The notes beneath the pieces are model-generated. The model saw nothing but the letters and a program-made list of their open reading frames with translations, had not been told where the DNA came from and searched no databases. Shown piece after piece: positions 9,941 to 19,892 of a DNA stretch of 34,270 bases. The translations under genes and the position numbers were made by a program. This stretch comes from a virus (taxonomy: Duplodnaviria; Caudoviricetes): IMG/VR virus record IMGVR_UViG_3300037461_000334, positions 1 through 34,270 of that record, one strand, 5' to 3'. Numbering within the stretch: the first letter of the stretch is position 1; every line of letters starts with the position of its first letter.

Positions 9941-9956
9941 AACCAACCTACCATGA

Positions 9957-11201
9957 CTATGCAGATCCCTGAGCAAGGGCTGAAGTAAATGAACCGTATA
10001 TGAAGGCTTTTGCACGGTAAACAGCAATAGTTATCCTTTCGGAAATCCTCACCGTTACCATACCTTTTATGAAGTTGTCTTCATTCTCATACGACAGTTC
10101 AAGACTCATCTGCCTGCGGTCGAATACCTGTGCGCCCCTCTTACCGTCACCGACAAGGAATTGCCCTGCTGTGATAGCAGTAGTGACAATTACCGGAACA
10201 CCATCCAGGGTGATCTGTCCGTTTGGCATAAATATCCAGGGGTGAATATAATTACCGTTATCATCTTTGGTCAGCTTGATAAGAGTAGCATCTGTCGGGT
10301 GGATAAGTGCGAACGTGGGTTCATACTCATCATCCCTTGCCTGCCTCATTGCGTCAACCAAAATATCAATCCTTGATATATCACTATCAGCAAGGTTATC
10401 AACGTATGCAGTTGCACTAGTTGTAAGACCTGATAGGTTAATACCGGTTCCCGGACCATAAAGAAGCTGATAGTTCTCTTTCAGTTTCAGTTTAGACGGG
10501 AGACGGCTGTTAATGTAGCTTGTCAGTCCTTCAACATCTTCCAAAAGCTCTTCAGACAAAAGAACATAAGCGGTGATCTTCCTTACAGTAGCAGTACCAA
10601 CAGCCAGATCAAAGTCACTCTGTCCGTATTCCTGAGCTTCAGCAACCAGCAATGAACCATCACTAAGGGCGGATTCATATACATAAGTTACCGAGCTGGA
10701 TGAGGTAGTACCGGCGGAGATAAGGTCACGCACCCTGAAAGTAGTATCAGGATCAAAAACAATCTCGGTCTTATGATCAGGAGCGATAACGGCACCGGTC
10801 AGAGTGTTGCTCTGAGTCATATCATCAGCTTTGATGTCAATATTCAGGCTCTTGTTCTTACGGATATAATCTTTGATGTCCCCGTTCTTTGACTTCTGCT
10901 TAACCTCAATTATCGCATTCTTAACCGCATCACTGAAGGTCATGTTTTTAGGATCAATGACAACATCAGCCCTCTTGAGTTTTGTCTCAAGTGCGTCAAC
11001 CTGGTTCTGAAGATCGTTGTATTTCTTCAGTTCCGGTTCCAGTGCTTCCTTTGCAGCCTGCACCAATTCGCCTTTCATTTTCTTGAACTCTTCAGCAGGC
11101 ACTTCTCTGGCCTTCTTTGAATAGTCCTCCAGCTTCGCATCAATGGATTTACCCAATGACTCCAGCTGTTCATTCAGTCTTTTTATTTCCTGTTCGTTCA
11201 C
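9957..11201 (-). CDS. major capsid protein (HK97 fold, N-terminal coiled-coil delta domain)
   Basis: Coiled-coil N-terminus; KITAYVLLSEELLED, QLLYG.GTG.NL.GL, KDDNGNYI, L.GVPV, F.KGMVTVR..ER motifs. Confidence 0.95.
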   Translation of the reverse strand: MNEQEIKRLNEQLESLGKSIDAKLEDYSKKAREVPAEEFKKMKGELVQAAKEALEPELKKYNDLQNQVDALETKLKRADVVIDPKNMTFSDAVKNAIIEVKQKSKNGDIKDYIRKNKSLNIDIKADDMTQSNTLTGAVIAPDHKTEIVFDPDTTFRVRDLISAGTTSSSSVTYVYESALSDGSLLVAEAQEYGQSDFDLAVGTATVRKITAYVLLSEELLEDVEGLTSYINSRLPSKLKLKENYQLLYGPGTGINLSGLTTSATAYVDNLADSDISRIDILVDAMRQARDDEYEPTFALIHPTDATLIKLTKDDNGNYIHPWIFMPNGQITLDGVPVIVTTAITAGQFLVGDGKRGAQVFDRRQMSLELSYENEDNFIKGMVTVRISERITIAVYRAKAFIYGSFTSALAQGSA

Positions 11202-11947
11202 TTTTCTAATGATTTAATGTTTAACTTAATTTTACTTATTATCTCATCAGCAGTCACTGTCACTGTTTTCGGCTCTTCCTGTTTTTGTGTGGTCTGACCC
11301 GGCACAATTCGCACAGCGAGTGAAAGAACAAGCTGCTTAATCTGATTAAAATGTATTTCAAGACTCCTTGCGGTGTCATCTGTATAACTACCCTTTATTG
11401 CTGTTTCAAGAGCAGATAATTTTTGTATTAAATAATCCCATGTCTTCTGATCGGGAGCACCCTCGGACTTAACCGTCTGTACAAGTGCATCCATGTTAGC
11501 ACCCCAGCTCACCGTACTGCCCTCCCATAATTTCAGCTCTGTCAGTTTCTGCGTTTCCTGTCTTTCATCAACTTCCCTCTTTACTACCTGGTAGCCGATT
11601 GAATGCTCAGTTAAAACCTTATCCCGGTAAAGAAGTAATACATCCTTGCCAAGTGAGGTTTCGCTGATCTTTGACTCAAAATAAAGCCCGTGCTTATCTT
11701 CCTTTAGAATAGTTGGCTTTGATATGACCTTATAAGGATCATGCTGAAAGAGGTGAAGTATCCGGGGCCTTGCGCTCTCCGGTCCGTTCTCCCTGAGTGT
11801 CTTCTTAAAAGCACCATGAATAACTATGTCATTGTCTGAATCCTTTACATCAAACACCGAAAAGTACCCGGTAACCATACCGCTCTTTTCATCCACGTCC
11901 TTAACTGCGTCAACAGTAAGGTCCTTATACATCATAAACTCATTCAT
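11198..11947 (-). CDS. HK97-family prohead protease
   Basis: GYFSVFDVKDSDND, GAFKKT, LFQHD, EDKHGL, SIGY, LWEGS.V.WGAN motifs. Confidence 0.95.
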   Translation of the reverse strand: MNEFMMYKDLTVDAVKDVDEKSGMVTGYFSVFDVKDSDNDIVIHGAFKKTLRENGPESARPRILHLFQHDPYKVISKPTILKEDKHGLYFESKISETSLGKDVLLLYRDKVLTEHSIGYQVVKREVDERQETQKLTELKLWEGSTVSWGANMDALVQTVKSEGAPDQKTWDYLIQKLSALETAIKGSYTDDTARSLEIHFNQIKQLVLSLAVRIVPGQTTQKQEEPKTVTVTADEIISKIKLNIKSLEK

Positions 11948-12735
11948 GCTATTCTTTTTAATTCAAACGCTATTGCACATCGACAATTAATAACCTCTCC
12001 CGGATCCCCTGACATATCACCCGGACAATCCATTTCCGAATCCCCGACTCGGAATTTCTCATCCTGGTTAATAGGACTCTGTTGCTCTGCTGCCAGATGC
12101 GTATCTCTTACCCTTGCGTCTTTGGTTGCTATCCAATATTTCACAAATGGCATATTAAGCTCTTTCATGCCTTCAAGGCTTCCTGCATTGGAAGCACTTA
12201 CAACCTCCGTGCGGGCAATCCTCAAAGCTCTCCATGTGTTTATCTCAGGTGCAACCTTTCTCAGTCCTTCCCTTATTGAAGCAGCCGTCTGATCAGAACC
12301 CCATCCCTGCTCTGTCGATCTGGTTATCTTAGCACGTATTATTCGTAAAGCAACCTCTCTTGATGCTGCATTTATTGATGTTATTTTCTTACCTAATCTG
12401 AATTTGATATAATCCCTCATCCTCCGGGTCCAGTCATCATCTGAGTTAGGGTTAAATCCTTTCTTATGCTTCCGATACTCCTCTTTGGCAAAGTCAGTAC
12501 CTACAACAGTCCAGCACCTGTCAAGCATCTTTTCAACAGGCAAAGAATCGAATTGAACTATCACCTCATAGTTACCATAGTTGTCAGATGTTATCTTATC
12601 AGCTAACTCCCGGAATTGTCTGTTAAGCGTATTCTTGAATGACTGATGAAATACCGTCTCATATTTGCGTCTTTTCAGATCGACAGACTTCCAGTAAAGC
12701 ACACTATGTTTAACCTCTGTAATCATCAATAGCAA
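11944..12735 (-). CDS. minor head morphogenesis protein (Mu gpF / SPP1 gp7 family)
   Basis: RA.RIARTE, K.W....D.RVR.TH, PGD and INCRC motifs. Confidence 0.9.
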   Translation of the reverse strand: MLLMITEVKHSVLYWKSVDLKRRKYETVFHQSFKNTLNRQFRELADKITSDNYGNYEVIVQFDSLPVEKMLDRCWTVVGTDFAKEEYRKHKKGFNPNSDDDWTRRMRDYIKFRLGKKITSINAASREVALRIIRAKITRSTEQGWGSDQTAASIREGLRKVAPEINTWRALRIARTEVVSASNAGSLEGMKELNMPFVKYWIATKDARVRDTHLAAEQQSPINQDEKFRVGDSEMDCPGDMSGDPGEVINCRCAIAFELKRIA

Positions 12736-14098
12736 GCATCTTTAAAGATTCATCAAGCGCAACATCACTAACCCCTCCCTGGGAAGCCGGGAATAGCCCC
12801 GCCGGTATCATATACTCGTTCATTATCGGATTAATCTCATCAATCTCAAATCCCATGATCTCTCTTCTCTCATTGCCATTAACCCACCAGCACTGACTAA
12901 GTGCAGAAGCCAGATATTGAACATCCTCCTGAAGCTCGGAAATCATTGAGGTATCGAAATCGGCAAAAAACCTCCCCTTGTATCTTGGTTCTATAAAAGC
13001 ATTGAATGAGTCTCTGAACTGTGTGAGTGCTGGGATAACCGCATTGGTATATACTGCACTTCCCGCCTCCTTTGTGTTTGAATAAGTTTTATTTCCTGCA
13101 TCATTAAAAAGCTCAGACGGCACATGGAAGAGGTTGCAGATAAACCTCAGATCCATTTTATCTGACTCAATGATATTCATATCCACCGGACTCATCCCCA
13201 TCTGCTGCCATAGTATATCAGCGGAGGTAACTAATGTCTTCCCTGCGTTCTTCGGTCCTGTTTTCTTTGCAAGCCTCTTCTCAATCATTTCAGCTTGAGC
13301 ATCTGTGAGTGCAGCCTCTCCGGGCTTGCCGGTAATCATACCGTAAGCACCCATATTCTGAAAAGATGCCACTGATGCGTCATAGCTTGAGTTACTCCGA
13401 GTGATGACCCTCCTCCCTGCCCTGATAGGTGATAGACCAACAAGGAAAGAACCAGACGCATATTCAGGAGTCCAGTACTTGTTATGGATAACCTCTTCCG
13501 CCGGGATGGTTACTGTCTGATCAGGCCGGTAAGTATAGCCCTTAACCGGTTGCATCCTCCCACCGGGTATAGGGGCAATAATCTGAGACGGTAAAACCCA
13601 CATCTCTTTGATAAGACCTGCGTTGATACCGTTAGTCGGACCTATGCAATGCGTATAGCTGTTGCCGGTTACCAGTTTAAAACCGACCTGTTGCTCAATA
13701 AACTCACTCCAACCCTGCAAGGGGTTTGGTTTCTTAAATAACCCCTCTAATTCGTGACCCTCCACCTGTGCTAACGCCTTTGTACGTACTATCGACCGCT
13801 TGATTCCCAGATGAGGTGACGCAGACTTATAGAGGCGGAGGGCTTTTTCATTCTTGACTTCGTAAACATACCAGGGGATTGATCCGGCCTTCTGTGCTAT
13901 AAAGCTGACTATCGAATAGACAGTCGGGTTAAAAAGGTATCCGTCATTTATGTAGGTTTCCATATCGTCACCTATGTAAACCGGATTGCCCCCGAGGTTC
14001 TGCATCAGCTTCGCATACATCTCACTGCCAATGGCCTTACGCAGGTCATTGATCTGTTTCTTGAAAACAGAACGGAATATCGAATCCTTAATGGCCAT
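12710..14098 (-). CDS. portal protein (HK97 family)
   Basis: KPNP, GNSY, GLSPI, MSPVDM, F.VP.EL, TYSN..EA, NE.RE..G motifs. Confidence 0.95.
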   Translation of the reverse strand: MAIKDSIFRSVFKKQINDLRKAIGSEMYAKLMQNLGGNPVYIGDDMETYINDGYLFNPTVYSIVSFIAQKAGSIPWYVYEVKNEKALRLYKSASPHLGIKRSIVRTKALAQVEGHELEGLFKKPNPLQGWSEFIEQQVGFKLVTGNSYTHCIGPTNGINAGLIKEMWVLPSQIIAPIPGGRMQPVKGYTYRPDQTVTIPAEEVIHNKYWTPEYASGSFLVGLSPIRAGRRVITRSNSSYDASVASFQNMGAYGMITGKPGEAALTDAQAEMIEKRLAKKTGPKNAGKTLVTSADILWQQMGMSPVDMNIIESDKMDLRFICNLFHVPSELFNDAGNKTYSNTKEAGSAVYTNAVIPALTQFRDSFNAFIEPRYKGRFFADFDTSMISELQEDVQYLASALSQCWWVNGNERREIMGFEIDEINPIMNEYMIPAGLFPASQGGVSDVALDESLKMLAIDDYRG

Positions 14099-14203
14099 AT
14101 ATAAACAGGATTAGCCGCTCAGAGGCGGCATTAATACCGAAAAGCAAACCGTTATAAGTTTGCATATTTATCCACACTATTTTAGTAGCACTTAAATCAG
14201 ATG

Positions 14204-14211
14204 CAAAGGTA
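14204..14211 (-). promoter_or_regulatory. Bacteroidota-type -7 promoter element upstream of portal
   Basis: TACCTTTG matches TAnnTTTG in an AT-rich intergenic region. Confidence 0.55.
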
Positions 14212-14228
14212 ATACACCTTAGTTTATT

Positions 14229-14247
14229 TTTATTTAGACTGAATAAA
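14229..14247. promoter_or_regulatory. 19-bp 9-1-9 palindromic operator-like site (copy 1)
   Basis: TTTATTTAG-A-CTGAATAAA; 17/19 identical to the site at 21932-21950. Confidence 0.55.
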
Positions 14248-14298
14248 AATTAATTAACTAAAAAAGGGGGATTATTAACTATCCGGGCGGAAAGTCAA

Positions 14299-14508
14299 TT
14301 ACTCAATGATGCACTTAATTGTCAGCGTGTCGTTTATAGCATGAACGCTCCAATACTGCCCACGAGATACCTCGTATTGATTTGTGACGGGCAAGTCCTG
14401 CATTATGATTGTATCGCCTGGTATCTCATTAACCCATTCGACACAACAATAATCCTTGCTCCCAGTGCATCCGGCAATGATCAATAAAATGAATATCAGC
14501 TTTTTCAT
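14299..14508 (-). CDS. small lipoprotein
   Basis: MKK, hydrophobic core and IAGC lipobox; TAAATTTG motif 4 nt upstream of ATG. Confidence 0.7.
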   Translation of the reverse strand: MKKLIFILLIIAGCTGSKDYCCVEWVNEIPGDTIIMQDLPVTNQYEVSRGQYWSVHAINDTLTIKCIIE

Positions 14509-14524
14509 AATACAAATTTATGAA

Positions 14525-15784
14525 TTATCTCAATACAAACTCCGCTTTTTTAAGCATTAAATCAGTCACCGCATAGACAAGTGCGTCAATCCTGCCTGGT
14601 GATATATTGCTCTCCCTTGCATCCCAGCTTGTCATCTGGTCCTCTAATTTATCCAGTCTCCCGATATGATGAACCATGCCCCTTTCATATAATGCAACTA
14701 CCGGTTCCGCCCGTGCGACCTTGCCCCTATTGGCATGAACAGAGACAACCCTTGCCCTCGCATCTATATTTCGGATTATGGTTTTGACCATATCCCACCC
14801 CTGATTAACCTCTGCAACTATATGATCACCCTCATACTTGAATAATGTCCTTATCCCGTAAGTAGCCCATTGGTTAGGCGTGTATATCCCGGATACATCA
14901 TCAATAATGTAACAATGGCCGTCAATACCAACTCCCGCAGCAACAATCCCGGCCTCATCTGAGCTCTGCGTTGCCGTGCCTGAAGGATCAATAGCCACAA
15001 CCACTTTATTGTAAGCCGGGAATCCATTTAACTCCGGCCCCTTCTCTACCCTGTACTTATCAATTATATCATACCTCCAGAGTGCACCTTCAACATCATC
15101 AACAAACTCCCCAAATCTAAACCGCTTCTGTTGCCGGTGGCTGAGTGTTGATAGGACAGTATCTATATAATCAGGCGGAAGGTTCGCAAGGTTATCATCA
15201 GGGTTCATCCTCATGTGAGAGAATAAAGCCCTATCAATAGCCTCATTGCTTTCCGGGTTAATATTCTGAATAAACAACTTATATATCCAGTGTTGTGTGC
15301 TTGGCGGGTTACAATCAACATATATCCGGTTAATCAGCCCGGTTTTCTGTGCGAGCCTGGTTAATAGTGTTGAATAACTGCTCCACGTAACCTGTGATGC
15401 CTCGTTAACAAATATGGTTGAATACTCATTACCCAGCACCTTTTCAGTCCTCTCCTTATCATCCAGACCACCGAGCCAAACCTGAGAACCGTTACCGCAA
15501 TCAATAAACCAATCAGATTTATTATAATTAGGCTTAAAACCAGGGAAACACAGAGAAAGGACTTTGGGGATAGTGTCATACCAGAGGCTTTGCTTTGCGT
15601 GATTGAATGCGAAACGCACTATTAAATGCCGTGAACCAGACTCTTTTAATGCACGTATAAAAATTTGACGAATGATGATAAATGATTTCCCGCTCCGGCT
15701 CCCCCCGTATAACAGGGTGTATTTCGGCTCTGATCCCATCAGCCTGACCGCCTCCCTTTGCTTGTCTGTCTTTACAAAGGTCAT
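14525..15784 (-). CDS. terL: terminase large subunit
   Basis: Walker A YGGSRSGKS, Walker B IFVNEAS, DCNP coupling motif, nuclease AIDPS...DEAG, AEVNQG, K..RAEP, PGRIDAL. Confidence 0.95.
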   Translation of the reverse strand: MTFVKTDKQREAVRLMGSEPKYTLLYGGSRSGKSFIIIRQIFIRALKESGSRHLIVRFAFNHAKQSLWYDTIPKVLSLCFPGFKPNYNKSDWFIDCGNGSQVWLGGLDDKERTEKVLGNEYSTIFVNEASQVTWSSYSTLLTRLAQKTGLINRIYVDCNPPSTQHWIYKLFIQNINPESNEAIDRALFSHMRMNPDDNLANLPPDYIDTVLSTLSHRQQKRFRFGEFVDDVEGALWRYDIIDKYRVEKGPELNGFPAYNKVVVAIDPSGTATQSSDEAGIVAAGVGIDGHCYIIDDVSGIYTPNQWATYGIRTLFKYEGDHIVAEVNQGWDMVKTIIRNIDARARVVSVHANRGKVARAEPVVALYERGMVHHIGRLDKLEDQMTSWDARESNISPGRIDALVYAVTDLMLKKAEFVLR

Positions 15785-16128
15785 GCCTTCTGGTCATCTG
15801 TATCAAATTTCAAAGTGATACCGCCGGAGTGTTCTATCTCCTGCTTATCGCTCCACCCAAAGTTTTTAAGGGCAAATATAGAACCGGCAGCCGCCCCCTC
15901 ATGGAGATTAGCCTCATATACGGCCTCTACTCTTAATCGTGCCTTTTTAATAGTGTAACTAAATTCACCATCCTGCTCATACCTATAAAACGATTGACGG
16001 CTCTCAAAACCAAGCGCAAGAGCTAATCCCGTTATTGTGGGTTTGTTTTTATCCAGTGTCCCCCAATACTTATCTATTGCCTCTTGAAGCTCCTCTGCTG
16101 TTTTATATTTGGGTGGTCTTCCTGCCAT
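15781..16128 (-). CDS. terS: terminase small subunit
   Basis: GRPPKY, PTITGLALALGF.SRQS, IFALKNFGW.DK.E motifs; directly upstream of terL. Confidence 0.85.
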   Translation of the reverse strand: MAGRPPKYKTAEELQEAIDKYWGTLDKNKPTITGLALALGFESRQSFYRYEQDGEFSYTIKKARLRVEAVYEANLHEGAAAGSIFALKNFGWSDKQEIEHSGGITLKFDTDDQKA

Positions 16129-16132
16129 ACTG

Positions 16133-16140
16133 CAAAGTTA
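16133..16140 (-). promoter_or_regulatory. Bacteroidota-type -7 promoter element immediately upstream of terS
   Basis: TAACTTTG-CAGT-ATG. Confidence 0.55.
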
Positions 16141-16151
16141 CTACACATTGA

Positions 16152-16445
16152 TCAATCTGCAATAAAAGTAGCGTTCTCCAGCATATAAGCTATATTAGCC
16201 TTCTTGCTGATGATATGCTTTGATTTCATCCGGCTTAGCTCTGTCCGGTTGCATACCATGATAATATCAGAGCTGTAAGGAAAGCAGTAGTGCCTCTTTC
16301 CCGTTGCTACCGTTCTCTTCCTTGCGTATATCCTTGCAAGTAAATGGCGACCATAGCCGGCAAATGAATGAGCGGTGAACTTGTCACTTATATAAATAAA
16401 ATGCAAATTCTTTACAAATAGCTTTATGTTTGTCCAGATTTTCAT
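16152..16445 (-). CDS. hypothetical basic protein
   Basis: ORF coupled (TAATG) to the upstream glycosyltransferase. Confidence 0.6.
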   Translation of the reverse strand: MKIWTNIKLFVKNLHFIYISDKFTAHSFAGYGRHLLARIYARKRTVATGKRHYCFPYSSDIIMVCNRTELSRMKSKHIISKKANIAYMLENATFIAD

Positions 16446-17029
16446 TAATTATGAACAAATAAGGGTTTATTAACATGAATAAGATCGTATTTATTAGCAA
16501 TAGATAAGGCCCGGCACTCTTCAGCATAGATACCGTCAGCATCGAAATCAACATGATTGAACCCTATCGCTTTCGCAACCGGGTACTTAACAATAAAAGC
16601 TCCCATGTCTATATAACTCCTTTTCAACTGTGACTCATGCACCGTGTATTTAAAATGAGAATGAACGGTGTCGCAGTAAACTATCCCGATAGTCCGGGAG
16701 CATTTACCGAGCATGGTTTCAACAAATACCGGCACATACCAGTTATCATCATTGGTCAGTAATATATAATCCATATCATCGCCCTCAAGTGCATCCAGCA
16801 TCTTCTTCCTGTTCGGATGGCCATACAACCCGTTGCGTTTGGCTGATGCATAAAACTCTATGCGCTTGTCATCATATAGCCCCATGACCTCACAGATTGA
16901 TTTCGGGGCTGGACCATCATACATGATATAAAGTTTCCATCGTGGATCCGTCTGCCGGATGAAACAATCAATAAGCCCCCTTAATTCAATGGGCCTTTCA
17001 TAAGCTACTGCGATAACGTGTAATATCAT
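16445..17029 (-). CDS. glycosyltransferase family 2 (GT-A)
   Basis: VAYER..L, QTDP.W.L.IMYDG, TNDDN (DxD-like), IDMG, DADG motifs. Confidence 0.85.
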   Translation of the reverse strand: MILHVIAVAYERPIELRGLIDCFIRQTDPRWKLYIMYDGPAPKSICEVMGLYDDKRIEFYASAKRNGLYGHPNRKKMLDALEGDDMDYILLTNDDNWYVPVFVETMLGKCSRTIGIVYCDTVHSHFKYTVHESQLKRSYIDMGAFIVKYPVAKAIGFNHVDFDADGIYAEECRALSIANKYDLIHVNKPLFVHN

Positions 17030-17718
17030 TCCGGTTGCATTAATTCACATTTGCGACAAATAATATCCGAGTCCTGTTCATTTGATAGCATGGTATAATC
17101 TTCCCGGTTCAGGTTATCAAAATGGGTATCGTACAAGTTGCCTATGCAATGCTTTAATCCGTAATCCTGGCAGCACAAATAAACATTTCCATTTGGAAGT
17201 ACCACGTTATGATCAAATTTCTTCTCCGCAAAAAGACAATGGAAGGTACCTAACTGCTCCGGCCTGTCCCATACATTCCCTGCCCTTGACCATTTCCATT
17301 GATCGGTAATAACAGCCGTTCTACCCTGGCATATCTTTCTTTCAAATAGTTCTTTTTTCTTTGCAAATTCAGCAGCATCAGCGTGAGGGTAAAGATGAAA
17401 GCACAGATCGGTAAACTGCACACCCTTTAAAAATTGCACATCTGACTTGCTGAAGTTACTCAGGGTTGTATAGAGGACAACCTTATATCCCCGGTCAAAT
17501 GCATACCATATCATTTGCGCCCCGAATGAATTATAAAATATCTCTGAAAATCCTGAAAAGTCGATCCTCACATCTTTGGGTACATTGGATAAAATATGGA
17601 TAAAGTTTTCAAGAGTCATTGATCTTAACCCCTCATAAGACTTCCTTAATAACCCCTGCGGACAGTAAGCGCATCCCACCGGGCAACCGATATATGATGT
17701 TATTTCAAGCGTTCTCAT
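17026..17718 (-). CDS. radical SAM protein with SPASM/twitch domain
   Basis: GCPVGCAYCPQ (CxxxCxxC), FSGFSE, C-terminal C...GNVYLCCQDY..IGNL...CRKC. Confidence 0.9.
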   Translation of the reverse strand: MRTLEITSYIGCPVGCAYCPQGLLRKSYEGLRSMTLENFIHILSNVPKDVRIDFSGFSEIFYNSFGAQMIWYAFDRGYKVVLYTTLSNFSKSDVQFLKGVQFTDLCFHLYPHADAAEFAKKKELFERKICQGRTAVITDQWKWSRAGNVWDRPEQLGTFHCLFAEKKFDHNVVLPNGNVYLCCQDYGLKHCIGNLYDTHFDNLNREDYTMLSNEQDSDIICRKCELMQPE

Positions 17719-18508
17719 TAAATATAGCGTTTATTTCTCTTTGTATACAGTCAGCGTAATCGTGGTATTCTATTGCCTTAACGTAGTTCTCAAGCCGTGA
17801 CAGCTGACACTTGTAGTAATCTCTTTCCTCAAGTGAGTTGCAAATCTTTATCAACTCGTCAACTGAGGTAAATTTTAATATACCTTCAGGGTTAAAGAAA
17901 TTATCCACGTTACTTGCCCCCCAATAGATCGGAACCGTGTTAGTGATCATTGGATCAATCAGCTTTTCAGAAAATGAGTTTGGATAATCATAACTATCTA
18001 TGGCAATATGGAACATAGTTCTCATGGCCCTCTGCTTATCCCGTTTGTCGTATCCAAGCTCCAGCTCGCTCCTCATCCCGGTCCTTGCTCCGGTATAAAA
18101 CCACTTCGGGACCTTTATTTCGTCACGTCTTTTATATAACTCATGTCTCAATGAATGACCGGGACAAGCGTTGCGAGCAGAGAACACAGCGGAGACTCCA
18201 AATATTTTTGGTATATTTATCTCAGGCTTGCAGAATGCAGTTAACCCGATAAAAAAGCGGGCTTTCGGTAGGTGTAAAAGTTCAGGTATAAATGTAAGCA
18301 GATAATCAAATCTGTCCTGATTATCAATGATCAGCTTGTTGAAGTGTCCCTCCGGCTGGATGGTTGCAAATATAACTGTCGTTCCTATTTTGGGAAAGCC
18401 TTTGAGATATTCGGGGATTTCATAATCAATAACCAGGTCAACCGGCGAAGGCACGGTTATCTCATGGTCAAGAATTTCCTCGAAGTTTGCGTATATGTTT
18501 GCCTTCAT
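17705..18508 (-). CDS. GT10 alpha-1,3-fucosyltransferase-like glycosyltransferase
   Basis: FHIAIDS....FSEKLID.....TVPIYWGA resembles the GT10 fucosyltransferase motif. Confidence 0.75.
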   Translation of the reverse strand: MKANIYANFEEILDHEITVPSPVDLVIDYEIPEYLKGFPKIGTTVIFATIQPEGHFNKLIIDNQDRFDYLLTFIPELLHLPKARFFIGLTAFCKPEINIPKIFGVSAVFSARNACPGHSLRHELYKRRDEIKVPKWFYTGARTGMRSELELGYDKRDKQRAMRTMFHIAIDSYDYPNSFSEKLIDPMITNTVPIYWGASNVDNFFNPEGILKFTSVDELIKICNSLEERDYYKCQLSRLENYVKAIEYHDYADCIQREINAIFNENA

Positions 18509-19086
18509 ATTTTCGGTAACCTTTTAAAATCAGCATTGCCCCATGTCCGACCTATCCATTTAACACCCATCAGATAAAATCCCTGTTCATACAGCCATTC
18601 TACAACATCCATAAACATGGGACAGCCCTCGTAAAGCTCTGCCCTGTAAACTTCAACCTCAACTGTCTTAATGCTTTTAAGCGATTCAACCGCCCCCTTC
18701 AGTACCTCCATTTCATAACCCTGAACGTCAATATGCAGATGGTCATAAAGCGACCGGTCGTATTCTATATTGTCCAGCTTATCAATGAAACACATTTCCT
18801 TTCCTGAAAAAACTATATCAGGATACTGCTCCAGGTGAACAAGCGGGTTAAGCACCGAGCAGGATTTTCCGCCGTGAACCTTCTCAAGATTTATCATAAC
18901 CGCCCCGGTCATGTTACCGATTGCCAGTCGAAAGGTCTTGATGTTGTCTTTCTTTGGCAGTATCTCACACATCTTTTTATATGTTTCGGCAATGGGTTCA
19001 AAAAATATAAAGTTTTCAACCCCTTCGGCAACCCAGCCCTCATACTCCTGCGCAAGGTTTGCACCAACCTGAATAACTCCTTTCAT
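18505..19086 (-). CDS. FkbM-family SAM-dependent methyltransferase
   Basis: QVGAN, FFEP, AIG, KLD, IDVQGYE.EVLKGA, EV...ELYEG motifs. Confidence 0.9.
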   Translation of the reverse strand: MKGVIQVGANLAQEYEGWVAEGVENFIFFEPIAETYKKMCEILPKKDNIKTFRLAIGNMTGAVMINLEKVHGGKSCSVLNPLVHLEQYPDIVFSGKEMCFIDKLDNIEYDRSLYDHLHIDVQGYEMEVLKGAVESLKSIKTVEVEVYRAELYEGCPMFMDVVEWLYEQGFYLMGVKWIGRTWGNADFKRLPKI

Positions 19087-19892
19087 ACTGGTTTAAATGT
19101 TGAATCCGGTTTAGGTATGTCAAATAAATATTGAGCTATCGCCTCGCCATTGCGGAAGCACTGCTCGTGCCATTGTAAGGTCTGTGTATAGTGCCACCCG
19201 GCTCCCATCTTCTTATTCCATTCGCTTAACCGCTTCTGATAGTCAGCAATTTTCTGCATATACAGCTCAAGATTCCAGAACTTATAATGCAGTACCTTCC
19301 ACTCCCGATCGGTACACATCCTTATCCCCCGACTATCCTGGTTCTTGTCAAGAGGACTGGCCCAATGCGCCCCGGTAACATAGCGTATCTCACTTATTTC
19401 CTCCGGGCGGAAGCAACACAGCTTCTCCTCCGGCACATGATAAGTTCCCCTCTGTGAGTGAACAAAGGGATGATCGGCTGTGTATAACGGAGCATTTAAA
19501 GAAATCATATTGTACCCGCAGGGCTTGATCATATTAAAACCCCTTTTGTAAACCTCAGTAAGGTCAAGATCAAATACAGGTTTCCCTTCAATCACTCTTG
19601 CCCTGCAAAATATTTCATCGAAATCGACAATGACAACCCACTCGCATAGCCCCCTTGATTCTTTCCACGAATAATTTTTTATTTCAAGATACAGGTCATC
19701 CCTGATCTGATTATCGGAATCATAAAGACGAATCTCAACACGGGGATCCTGCTGTAATAATTCAACCGTGTTATCCGTACTCATATTGTCATATACAACT
19801 ATCCGCTCCGCCTCTTTATACGCAGTAAGAAAGTTTTTAACGAAGTGGCTTTCGTTATACGTGAGAGTATATACGTGTATCCTGTTTTTCAT
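19083..19892 (-). CDS. glycosyltransferase family 2 (GT-A)
   Basis: Probable start MKNRIHVYTLTYNE at 19892 (ATGA overlap); VYDN.STDNT, WVVIVDFDE, LHYK motifs. Confidence 0.85.
   Translation of the reverse strand: MKNRIHVYTLTYNESHFVKNFLTAYKEAERIVVYDNMSTDNTVELLQQDPRVEIRLYDSDNQIRDDLYLEIKNYSWKESRGLCEWVVIVDFDEIFCRARVIEGKPVFDLDLTEVYKRGFNMIKPCGYNMISLNAPLYTADHPFVHSQRGTYHVPEEKLCCFRPEEISEIRYVTGAHWASPLDKNQDSRGIRMCTDREWKVLHYKFWNLELYMQKIADYQKRLSEWNKKMGAGWHYTQTLQWHEQCFRNGEAIAQYLFDIPKPDSTFKPV

Noticed and set aside
15361-15806. Short alternative-frame minus ORFs within terL (also 32079..32291 elsewhere)
   Set aside because: Short, motif-free overlaps expected by chance, unlike the nested MTase frame
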